From the NCBI RefSeq assembly GCF_056746865.1, contig NZ_CM163382.1: a stretch of 64,000 nucleotides of DNA, one strand, 5' to 3'. Below the pieces are notes generated by a model. The model had not been told where the DNA came from and searched no databases. It was given only the letters and a program-made list of their open reading frames with translations. This document shows positions 34,680-44,839 of the stretch, in pieces. Each line of letters starts with the position of its first letter. Position 1 is the stretch's first letter. A program made the position numbers and the translations under genes.

Positions 34680-35074
34680 ATTTCCTCCTGAGTTGTCCGG
34701 GGAATACTGAATCCTCCGGTCTGGCAGTGTGTGCAGTACCGCTCCCCATAATAATCGTGGTGACATTGTCTGCAGTGCCAGCTGGCTTTACGCACCACGG
34801 GTAAGGCATCCGGTACGAATTGCTGCAGACGTTTAATCAACTGTATTTCTCTGCGCTCCGGCCTGACATAAGGGCACTGTTGACCGTGCTCTGTCAGCCT
34901 GTCGTCAGTGTGTTCAAACCAGGGAAGTTCAGTGTCGTATTGCGGATGGTATCTGAGTGCACTGCCACACAAGTGGCAGGTGTAGTTAGCATAAGGTGCG
35001 GCCTGTGCAGTACGGGCGCCCGTCAGACGTCCGTTGCCATCAAGAGCGATAAAGGATTTTGCGTACATAGTCAT
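34667..35074 (-). CDS. Cys-rich hypothetical protein (paralog A of a tandem pair)
   Basis: 135 aa; CxxC...PWFEH...CxxC pattern; GAGGA RBS. Confidence 0.45.
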   Translation of the reverse strand: MTMYAKSFIALDGNGRLTGARTAQAAPYANYTCHLCGSALRYHPQYDTELPWFEHTDDRLTEHGQQCPYVRPERREIQLIKRLQQFVPDALPVVRKASWHCRQCHHDYYGERYCTHCQTGGFSIPRTTQEEICEF

Positions 35075-35327
35075 ATTCCTCAGCCGCCAGACGACACGCA
35101 GGCAACAGCCGTCCCGGTACGGGCAGCGTGGTCAGGGTGTGAATGGCGGTTCAGTTAAAATCTGGACTGGAGTTTGGGTAAAGCAGGCTGGTTGCTGTTA
35201 CAGCACTGTGGTTGTCACACAATGGAACACTGACGTAAAAAACAGTCAGTGGGCGAGTGGATACATCGTTGCCGCCAGACAACAACCCATACTTTTGGTT
35301 TGCCGGGTATTGGCGCGCCAGTCGTGC

Positions 35328-35897
35328 TCAACTCCGGCTACAGCCAAAATTGCGCTCACCGGTGCAGTGAGCTTTGGTATGTTCCTTCGCCAGATAGTCA
35401 GCACGTTCCAGCACCTGCTGAAAGCCAGTGTCATCATCGCGTTCCAGCCACACCGCCGGCCAGGCCGGGAAATGCACCAGCGTGGCATGGCACCCGACAT
35501 CCACTCCCAGGGCACTGCACCACGCCTGTTTAATCATCCCGGCCAGTGATCCCGGAGCACGGTAATCACCGGCACGACACCAGGTATCCCGGTTAACCAG
35601 CAGCATCAGGTGATAGTGTTTTTTACCTTTGCACTCCCCAAACTCCCGGGCCCAGACGTAATGCAGGGTTGTGGGATGCACGCGTTTACCTTCCCGATGC
35701 TTACGTTTCTGGTAAGCGTCGATTCGGGCTTTCAGGGCATTGATGAAGCGGGATATCACAGCTGCGTCCGTTGCTGCCGGTACATCCGGGAAACGCAGGT
35801 CAACCCGCAATGCCGTCAGGCGGGGATGAACATTCAGTGCGTGCCGCACCGTCTCACGAATACGTTGCTGCCAGAAGGGGTTGTATTTGTAGGTCAT
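35328..35897 (-). CDS. YagK/YfjJ-family (inovirus Gp2-like) protein
   Basis: ORF 35328..35933; likely start ATG 35897 (MTYKYNPFWQQRIRE) with GGAG RBS; family call from memory. Confidence 0.5.
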   Translation of the reverse strand: MTYKYNPFWQQRIRETVRHALNVHPRLTALRVDLRFPDVPAATDAAVISRFINALKARIDAYQKRKHREGKRVHPTTLHYVWAREFGECKGKKHYHLMLLVNRDTWCRAGDYRAPGSLAGMIKQAWCSALGVDVGCHATLVHFPAWPAVWLERDDDTGFQQVLERADYLAKEHTKAHCTGERNFGCSRS

Positions 35898-36093
35898 GGT
35901 TAAATCTCCGTATGGTTCATACGGAATAGCCACGTCGTAAAAAATGCGCAGAGTCCCTGAAGTGACCTCCGGCAGGACACTGTCTCAGGCACTCTGTGAT
36001 AACCCGAACGGTCGTCTCCGGACTGACGGTTGAATTTTCAGCGTTGTTTTTTTAATGTAAAAAACCGGTTACGGGTAAGGCTGTGAGGAGGGA

Positions 36094-36297
36094 GTGATGG
36101 TGATACGCAAAAAGAAGTGCAGGGACTGTGGAAACGCGATTACTCATAATACAGTGTGTTGCCCGTATTGTGGTTCTGTCGACCCCTTCGGCTATTACCG
36201 GAATACAGACCGTATCGTTACCATACTGCTGGCACTGATTATTGTGGTCCTGCTGACTACTGTCAGCGTCAGTGTGTATATACTGTGTAGCTGGTGA
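36094..36297 (+). CDS. small zinc-ribbon membrane protein (hypothetical)
   Basis: 67 aa; CRDCG...CCPYCG followed by one TM helix. Confidence 0.3.
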   Translation: MMVIRKKKCRDCGNAITHNTVCCPYCGSVDPFGYYRNTDRIVTILLALIIVVLLTTVSVSVYILCSW

Positions 36298-37423
36298 GAT
36301 AACGGTTCATGTATCCCCTGAGCTGACAGTGTACCGGGTATATTAAGCGTAACCGACAGGTTCTCCTTCATACCATATTAAATTTTTCCAGGTATTGCCG
36401 CTGCCTTATTTCGTCCCATACAGGAAAACTCGTCTGGGTTTCTGACAAATACGCGAAACTCACAGCCCCTCAATATCAACCACACGCTGTAAGCCGGTAA
36501 TACCTGAAAATCAGCCTATTACCGCCCGCGCCTCCGTTACCGAACGCTCAGGTGACCAGACTGAAGCCCAGCACGCACTCGTAAAATTTGCGGTCAGTTC
36601 CGTCAGTCAGTGGGCAACCGCAGAGTTACGGGCTTCCAGGTCCACAGGAGTGAGTCTATAACGCGTGTGGGAAATCATTTTTTCTGGCGTTGACAGAACG
36701 CCTTACGGGCTGCTACTTACCCGGTGTCCCGCAATACAGCCTTAGTGTTCCGTTATCGGGGATCCGGACGCACCGCAACAACCGGGGAAGTATTTCTGGT
36801 TAGAGCTGTGTCAAGAGGGATTTCTCAGCCCCTCACTCACCGGCTCAGTCTCAGGGCAGAAGCATTAATACACTCAGTTCATGTCTTATACAGGAATGGG
36901 CATAGGGGGAGCTGGCGTGTCACTGCTGATTTTACGCATCAGCGTTCATGTATCTGCACTCTGATACAGAATGCTTCACAGCGCTCTGTTACCGGAGAGA
37001 TTTACTCTCTTAGGTTATTCTGGCAAATCCTTTACGTTACTCTCTGATGACTTCTTATATTTATAATACCAATCAGACAACCTTATCCCATCGGTGATAT
37101 CAGTCTCCTGCTCGCCAGGAACGGGCTGACTCACTGTAACCACCTCCGAAAACAACTCTGCAATTATCAGAACGCCTGCTTCTCTCCCTGTCCTCACGAA
37201 AACTATCCCCTCTTTATCGCGCGTGCGTGCGGAAGCATCTTTTCGCAACCCCCCCCCCCGGGATTCCGCTACGGCTCTGCCATCGCAATCCCCCCGTTTA
37301 TCTCCGGACAGCCACATTCCCGATTATTTTTTACGTTTCTCCCCGGTTGTTATGCCGGTGAAGGTGGCGCGCTGTTTTCATGACCACACCGGCTGGTTTA
37401 ACAACATCCGGAGGAACATTCTC

Positions 37424-37630
37424 ATGGCTACCCCAGTTTCGCTGATGGATGACCAGATGGTCGACATGGCGTTTATCACTCAACTGACCGGCCTTACCGA
37501 TAAGTGGTTTGACAAACTCATCAAAGATGGGGGCTTTCCTGCGCCCATCAAAATGGGGCGCAGCTCCCGCTGGCTGAAAAGTGAAGTGGAAGCCTGGCTG
37601 CAGGCGCGTATTGCACAGTCCCGTCTGTAA
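37424..37630 (+). CDS. alpA: AlpA-family phage transcriptional regulator
   Basis: ORF 37223..37630; start ATG 37424 after GGAGG; 68 aa with MGRSSRWLKSEVEAWL. Confidence 0.75.
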   Translation: MATPVSLMDDQMVDMAFITQLTGLTDKWFDKLIKDGGFPAPIKMGRSSRWLKSEVEAWLQARIAQSRL

Positions 37631-37717
37631 TTTTTAACCACTAACCCTTCGCCCACAGCAGACGCAATCTCCGGCCTGCCGGCGGCGCTCTGCTGCCTGT
37701 TATCCCCCGTGAGGAAT

Positions 37718-38326
37718 ATGAAAATGAAACAACAGTATCAGACCCGTTACGAGCTGCTCCATGAAAACTACCAGAAATGGCTGACCGGCTTCACCCGGCA
37801 CGCCGTATCATGGGGCGTGTGTCATCCGAATATCTACTATTTCCATAATCTGACGCCCGGGTGGGTGTCATTCAATGGCGAAAAACCGGAGATTGCCATC
37901 GTTCCCCAGAGTCTGCACCGGCTGATTTATGGTCCGGACAAACGGAGCTCCCCGTCCCTGGATGATGATCTGGTGGTGAATTTATGCACCAGCGAACACC
38001 TGCTGGTTCATCATCCGATGCTGGAAGGGATCCTGCTGTCTGAATGTGAGCGCCTGAAGCAACATTCTCTGGCAAACAAACTGATCAGCCTCTTCCGTCA
38101 GTTTGGCGGCACGGAGTTACGTCTCAAACTGGTCTGGCTCTGCTGGCTTGACTTAATGACCGGAAACAGCCTTGACGACTGGACGAAAAACCTGAAACAC
38201 AAATCAGAAAAAGATCTGGAGCAATGGATCATTGCACGTCAGGGTCAGAGTGAACCACTGACAAATCTGATGGATCAGTACGTGCTTATGGCATACCGTA
38301 CATCGGTTGATGCCGCTCACAGTTGA
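37718..38326 (+). CDS. hypothetical protein
   Basis: ORF 37709..38326; ATG 37718 after GAGGA; no recognised domain. Confidence 0.45.
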   Translation: MKMKQQYQTRYELLHENYQKWLTGFTRHAVSWGVCHPNIYYFHNLTPGWVSFNGEKPEIAIVPQSLHRLIYGPDKRSSPSLDDDLVVNLCTSEHLLVHHPMLEGILLSECERLKQHSLANKLISLFRQFGGTELRLKLVWLCWLDLMTGNSLDDWTKNLKHKSEKDLEQWIIARQGQSEPLTNLMDQYVLMAYRTSVDAAHS

Positions 38327-39285
38327 TGTCTGAGAACCACAGGGCTGGCAGCAGAAAACCAGCCCTGTGGTAAAATACAGTAATAGCGGCGTACATCAGG
38401 CACGCCGCTCACTCGTCCACAGATCATATACGTCATTATACTGCGCGATAACGGAGGGCTTCAGCACCCGGTCATTTCTGAGCGGGTATGAATACCATTG
38501 ATGATGCGAAGCAGCCACGGGCAGAAACGTTCTTCACAACCAGGTGCCTCCATCTTCACTGCAGTCTGAATGTGCCGGCTTGTTATCCACCAGAAATGGT
38601 ATGCTCCGGTACATGCATACCCCGGAGACTATAAACGCACTGAATCATAGCCTCCCACCTCAGCAGGAGGCAGTCAGCTTTCAGGCGGAAAAACGTTGCA
38701 GTTAAAGATCGTGAGAATCGCTGTTTCGTTGCATAGCAACCCGAACAGTTGTAGTGAAACATTTTACCTGCATCAGCACATGGTCAGGCGCCGTCTGTAT
38801 GGCGTGGAATACTGATGTTTCGGCTGATGGCAAGCCTCATTCTCTGTGGAAACAGGGGCGCGCATTAGCTTCTCAACCAAGAGAGTGTCACAAAGACAAA
38901 TATTGCTGAAAATCGCATTCATCGTTCAGGCGTGAATGCCCGGAGACAAAAGCCGCTGTCCACACAGTCCCCCTCTGACCTGAACAAAAAGCATACACAC
39001 AACAGGCTCACCTGACCCCGAAAAACCATAACTTCAGCAATACCAGTGACACCAGCACGTTACCTCAGTGCCACATCTTCAGACCGCGATCAATCTGAAA
39101 TGTGACTATCGGGGCAATATCCCTGCTTTGTGGTACACGATAACCAGAAAACATCCCCTGAACCGCCAGCCAGAAAGACTGGCCACAAAAGGGGTAAGCT
39201 GAAATCGTTTATGGATTACATCGACATATGCCTGGCAGAGAATGGTAAGCGTGCAGTGAGAACCGTATTGACGAAGTGAAGCTGG

Positions 39286-40821
39286 TCAGGCGGGCAGAGT
39301 AACCCGCCACGGGAGCAGAGCACCCACCCGGTTCACAGGCCAGTCGGCGATGACATCAAGTACATGATGCAGATAGCGTTCCGGATCCACGCCGTTTAAT
39401 TTGCACGTCCCGATAAGACTGTACAGTGACGCACCGCGCTCACCACCATGATCCGAGCCGAAGAACAGCCAGTTTTTTCTCCCCAGACTGACCAGTCGTA
39501 GGGCGTTTTCGGCAATGTTATTATCCACCTCCACCCAGCCATCTTCTGCATAGCGGGTCAGCGCCGGCCACTGGTTCAGCGCATACCCGAACGCCTTCGC
39601 CAGTTCTGAGTGCCTTGAGAGGGTTTTCTGTTTCTCCCGCAGCCACCCCTCCAGTGACGCCAGCAGCGGCAGCACTTTTTGGTGCCGGACTGCCTGCCGT
39701 TCCTCTGCTCTTTTACCTCTGAGCTCCGACTCGATGGCATACAGCTCGCCGATCCGTTTCAGCGCCTCCTCCGTCAGGGCTGACGGGGTACGGACGTGAA
39801 CATCGTGGATTTTTCGGCGGGCATGGGCCCAGCACGCGGCTTCCTTTATATGGCCGTCGCGGTAGAGCTCGTTGAACCCGGCGTAGGCATCAGCCTGCAG
39901 TACGCCACTGAAGCCTGCAAGATGGGTCTGAGGGTGGATACCTTTTCTGTCCGGGCTGTAAGCGAACCACACTGCGGGGGCCAGCGCTGATCCGGCGTTG
40001 CGGTCGTCTCGAACGTACGTCCATAAGCGCCCGGTCTTCGTCTTCTTATTGCCCGGCAACAGCACCGGGACAGGCATATCGTCAGCATGGAGTTTGCCGT
40101 CGGTCAGGACATAGTGCTGAAGGGCTTCATCCAGCGGTGCCAGCAGACGACAACACGCATCCACCCAGCCCGACAGTACAGAACGACTCAACACTACACC
40201 CTGGCGGGCATAGATCTCCGACTGGCGATACAGCGGTATGTGCTCTGCATACTTTGAGGTCAGCACTCGGGCCAGCAGCCCCGGTCCGGCGATCCCCCGT
40301 TCGATGGGGCGCGAAGGAGCCGGGGCCTGAACGATGCGATCGCACCGACGGCAGGCATGCTTTTCACGGACTGTCCGGATAACCCGGAAGGCGCTGCGCA
40401 TCAGCTCCAGCTGTTCGGCGGCATCCTCACCCAGGTAACTCAGCGAACCACCGCACTCCGGGCAACACGGCTCAGTCGGCAGCAGCCGCTTCTCATCCCG
40501 TGGGAGTGACTCAGGGAACGGTTTGCGGGTGCGGGTCTGACGCAGCGGGCGCTGCACTGCCGGGTCATCCACCCGGCCGGTCAGCGTATCGCTTTCCTGC
40601 TGCAGCAGGTTCAGGTCAGCTTCCATTTGCGCGATACGGCGGGATACCTTTTCGGAACGACTGCCGAAGTTCATCCGGCGCAGCTTATCCAGTTGCGCCT
40701 GCAGATGGTCTATTTCGCGTTCCCGGTTGCTCAGCTTTTCCTGCAGGGCGTGGATCAACGCTTCCTGGTTCGGCCAGGCGCTGTTTCAGCAGAAGGATGT
40801 CGTCAGAAGAGGTGTCGTTCA
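39286..40821 (-). pseudogene. IS66 transposase TnpC with a frameshift in the first ~20 codons
   Basis: ATG 40821 encodes MNDTSSDDILLLKQRLAE, then one extra C shifts into the long ORF (QEALIHALQEKL...) at 40758..39286. Confidence 0.7.
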
Positions 40822-40871
40822 TAAGCCTGTATTTTACCAGGCTTATTCTGCGACAACCAGGATAAAGAGCG

Positions 40872-41219
40872 CTACAACATGGTCAGGGATGTCAGTAACC
40901 GCTTTGGCTGTCGCCAGTCGATACCTTCCATCAGCATCGCCAGTTGCGCCGGCGTCAGGAACACTTTGCCATCGCGGGCTGAGGGCCAGGCGAAGCGACC
41001 ACGTTCTAGTCGCTTTGTCAGCAGGCACAGACCATCGCCGGTGGACCAGAGCAGTTTTACCTGACTGCCGCTGCGTCCCCGGAAGATGAAGACGTGGCCG
41101 GACATCGGGTCATCTTTCAGCGCGGTCTGCACCTTTGCGGCGAGGCCATTGAAGCCGTTGCGCATATCGGTGATACCGGCAACCAGCCAGATTTTTGTGC
41201 CTGCGGGAAGATTTATCAT
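40872..41219 (-). CDS. IS66 accessory protein TnpB
   Basis: 115 aa, MINLPAGTKIWLVAGITDMRNGFNGL... Confidence 0.85.
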   Translation of the reverse strand: MINLPAGTKIWLVAGITDMRNGFNGLAAKVQTALKDDPMSGHVFIFRGRSGSQVKLLWSTGDGLCLLTKRLERGRFAWPSARDGKVFLTPAQLAMLMEGIDWRQPKRLLTSLTML

Positions 41220-41599
41220 ACAGGCCCCCGCATCAGTTCGCGCAGGACAGTGCTCATGAGTTCAGCAGAGGGATGAGTCAGTGTTATTTCTCCTCCCCGA
41301 CATTTTATGTGGCAGGTAGCGGGAGGAGAGCAGGATGGTAGTTCGAAGGTTGGGAGAGAAGAGCCCGCCTGAAGCTGCACGGGTATCAGGGCAGGAAGCG
41401 ACGATGAGTTTTTTCGGGGCCGACAGACCCGCCCTTCACGCTGCCAGAGCCTTATCCATTTAAAGAGCAGGTTATCATTGACGTCATGTTTCCGGGCCAG
41501 TGCGGCAATACTGCCTTCTTCTTCAAGAGCCAGCCTGACCAGTTCCATTTTGAATTCAGGGGAATAGTGTTTCCGGGGAAGTCTTTCTTTAGCGCGCAT
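41216..41599 (-). CDS. IS66 accessory protein TnpA
   Basis: 127-aa ORF whose stop overlaps the tnpB start. Confidence 0.7.
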   Translation of the reverse strand: MRAKERLPRKHYSPEFKMELVRLALEEEGSIAALARKHDVNDNLLFKWIRLWQREGRVCRPRKNSSSLPALIPVQLQAGSSLPTFELPSCSPPATCHIKCRGGEITLTHPSAELMSTVLRELMRGPV

Positions 41600-43154
41600 G
41601 AGGTGTCCACCTGCAAAATAAGTGGGTGCTTAAGTTACAGGATCCTGGATTCGGGACCAGACGGTACTCAGACGACGCTTACAGAGAATGTCCGGAATGA
41701 CGAGGTTATCTTTGCGGAGATTAAGGCAATGGTATACGGGCCGACGTTCCATGCCGCGTTACTACATTCAGCCCGGACGTAAAATGCGCCCGTCAAAAAG
41801 AACGGTTCGCTTCGAAACTCAGCCAGGATACCACCTCTCCGCCACACCCGGGAAGAAGTTGATATGGTGGTTGCCGGACAACAGCGCTCCTGGATTGACT
41901 GCTGCATCACTCAACCACGCTGAATATCAAAGGAGAGCGTTACCGGTTAAAAGAGAAACGTAAAGCTGTGGTGATGACCCAAAACGCAACGCCTGTCAGT
42001 GAGGATGAAATGGTGAAAAGCGGACAGCATCAGTAACGGAAGTATCTTAGCGGGTACGAAAATGGCAGGATCGTGACATTGACAGAATATCTCCTGATCA
42101 TCCTGAATGACTGCAGTTGCTGTAGAAAAGTAAGCTGTCTCCACCCACGGCACCACTTAACAGGCATTCCGTAACTTCCCCCAGACTTACTATGACGCAT
42201 TATCGGTGCACTGAAAACGGGAGAGTGCGCTTAAAACCGCAGACCGCATGCGGGTGTTACTGCATGACAGTCTGGCCGTATTGTGAGATGTCGGCAGGAA
42301 CCGATGTCCGCGCAGGGGGGAACTTCCTGCAGTACCTGACGCTTCAAATGGTATTAACCGTAGGGTGTTGTTGGTTCCGGATCGCGGAAATGGGAGCACA
42401 GGTCTGCTACGGGGTGTACCTCTGACAGTATATCCGGCTCGCTCATCTGACAGCCTCTCTCCCGGAAAAGACCAAAAATGAGATCGTCTCCTCAACAGCA
42501 GAGAAGAGGTCTTGACAGACAGGCTATATTGCATACGATTTATGAAGAAAAAGACAGCAAATATGGAGGTTATAGCGGAGAATACCCTACGAAATTCCTA
42601 TGAAAAACGATTGAAAAAAATATCAAATTCGATTCGTTTTTATATGCTTTTTGGGAGCGTGGCGATGACGAACTGTTGCATGTGCAGAGGAGAATGCACC
42701 CGGAAGCACCAGAATCATCCAGAAAGGCAGAACGATTACGCATCAAACCAGGAGACAGCAATATCAAGGTAATATACTGATTTAAAATGAATTTACAGCA
42801 ATACGTGAAAACATTTTTTACTTAAAGGAGACAGATGCGCTGAAGAGAGTGCAAGTATTTTTATATAAAAATGAGAAGTTTACGGGATGTATATCCGGCA
42901 CACTATGACCGGAGAATATCAGTCAAGCTTAAAAAGACAATAAATACAGTGAGTTAAATACACAGAGAAAACGTAGTATCAGAGGGTACATCTTACAACA
43001 GAGACTGAATTTCCGGTTTTTCATAACCGGCGCATTCCGGAAAGTGCAGGCGGCCCGGAGGTTTTCTGACGCCACTACCTGGTAGATTGTTCTGTACATC
43101 ATGTACGGAGGTTTTTGTTTGCTTTTTTAAAATCTGCAAATGTGAGAAAAGCAG

Positions 43155-44318
43155 GTGAGGTGTATTGTGGGAAAGGAACTGGATGATATCTGCACCAGCT
43201 GTCCGTATATCGATGCTGTAAAACGGCACAAACAACAGCTCGGTGCCATAGAGGAATATACACAGTGGTTAAAAAAAGAACCACGGGCATCTTATTTTTT
43301 TCTGTTCCAGCTGTATACCCGCATTCACAATACATTTTTCTCCCAAAAGCAACAACTCCCGTTCACTCCCGGTGGCACTCACTGCCCGGAACCTGATGTC
43401 ACCCTTCGGGACTTAACGCTTTCCCCTGGCTACCACAGTGATTATGCCCCTCAACCCATTCCGGAGATGGACAGTTCTGCTGTTGTTCCCCCAACTAATG
43501 AAAACACCTCGCCTCCGGAAGATACTCCCGACAACACTCCGGCCGGAGGCAATACCGGACAAGCGGAAAAGACCAGAAACGCAGGACTCACACCCATTCC
43601 TGAAAAACGTTCAGGAATGCCCCCGGAACATCTGCGGTTTGCCACGGGGTTTCCATCGCAACCGAAGATTGCCGGTCCCAGAGAAAAGCCGATGCGCACC
43701 GTGCATCCGGATAAAATCTACCGTGAAATTATATGGTTCTGCTCCAGTTACCTGCTGAAATCCGGACCAGAGGCTACGAGGACGATTATCAACTCAGTAT
43801 TCTCTGAATGGGCCAGCATAAACAATGATTACCCCTCCCCCTTTTCGTGGGTGGACAGCAGGGACAGTGAACAGTGTGACTGGTTATGGAACGCCATGCA
43901 GGTCCGGTGTGTGGGAACCCCGCTGAATCCCCTTACCCCGGAGCAGAAATACTGGTTTGCCTGCGCCACGTTTGATAACTGGGAGGGCTGGAATGAGCAA
44001 CAGGTACAGTTTTTACTGGAAAGTAATCCCAGACGGAACAGAGCGAAGTTTACGCAGGTCTCCTTCCAGGCCCCCAGGATTCAGCATAAAGCGATTCTTC
44101 TTGATGAGCTGAAAAGTGCCCGGGAGCAACAAAAAAGGCGTGATGAACGTGCTGATGGTTCCGTCCCTCTGAAACTGTCCGGAAAAATCCACAAACAGCT
44201 TGAAAGTATTGCCCGAAGTCGTGGTGTCCTCCCAAAAAAACTGCTGAATGAAATGATTGAGCAGGCGTACCATGATTTGGTGGCAACCAGGCAGAACAGC
44301 CAAATCGATTCCAGATAA
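43155..44318 (+). CDS. hypothetical protein with a Pro/Thr-rich central linker
   Basis: 387-aa ORF; start uncertain (GTG 43155 or 43167); no recognised domain. Confidence 0.5.
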   Translation: MRCIVGKELDDICTSCPYIDAVKRHKQQLGAIEEYTQWLKKEPRASYFFLFQLYTRIHNTFFSQKQQLPFTPGGTHCPEPDVTLRDLTLSPGYHSDYAPQPIPEMDSSAVVPPTNENTSPPEDTPDNTPAGGNTGQAEKTRNAGLTPIPEKRSGMPPEHLRFATGFPSQPKIAGPREKPMRTVHPDKIYREIIWFCSSYLLKSGPEATRTIINSVFSEWASINNDYPSPFSWVDSRDSEQCDWLWNAMQVRCVGTPLNPLTPEQKYWFACATFDNWEGWNEQQVQFLLESNPRRNRAKFTQVSFQAPRIQHKAILLDELKSAREQQKRRDERADGSVPLKLSGKIHKQLESIARSRGVLPKKLLNEMIEQAYHDLVATRQNSQIDSR

Positions 44319-44839
44319 TTTCAGACAGATATTATTTCCGTGAATCCCCCGCCACCTTTCCGGTGCGCGGGGTTTTGTCTTTTTTCACCGGGAATACATG
44401 TATGAATCCGTCTGATGCCATTGAGGCAATTGAAAAACCGCTCTCCTCCCTGCCTTACTCACTTTCCCGTCACATCCTGGAACATCTGCGCAAACTCACC
44501 AGTCACGAACCCGTGCCTGGCATTATGGGTAAAAGCGGGGCCGGTAAATCCTCACTCTGTAATGCGCTGTTTCAGGGGGAGGTCACCCCGGTCAGTGATG
44601 TTCACGCCGGCCCCCGGGAAGTGCAGCGCTTCCGTCTTGCAAAATGGCATCTGAATCGATCGCAGTTTGGCATTCGAATCGATCATGATTTGGCATCCAT
44701 CTCCGATCACAGTTTGGCATCACAATCGATCACGATTTGGCATGCTTCCGATCATTGATTGGCATCCTGCCAGTCACTCCGGGAATTAACTCTTTTCACC
44801 ACAGTCTCCATTGCCGTGTTTAAACCAGTGGAGACGTCA

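Larger units (their letters stand above)
39245..41682 (-). mobile_element. IS66-family insertion sequence (2438 bp) with 8-bp target duplication AGAGAATG
   Basis: termini GTAAGCG (39245) and CGCTTAC (41682); AGAGAATG at 39237..39244 and 41683..41690; three ORFs tnpA-tnpB-tnpC. Confidence 0.85.

Noticed and set aside
44640-44760. Short direct repeats (TTTGGCAT-containing units) that superficially resemble a small repeat array
   Set aside because: They are the multi-copy terminal repeats of the IS21-family element, not CRISPR repeats; no regular repeat-spacer periodicity and no cas genes.
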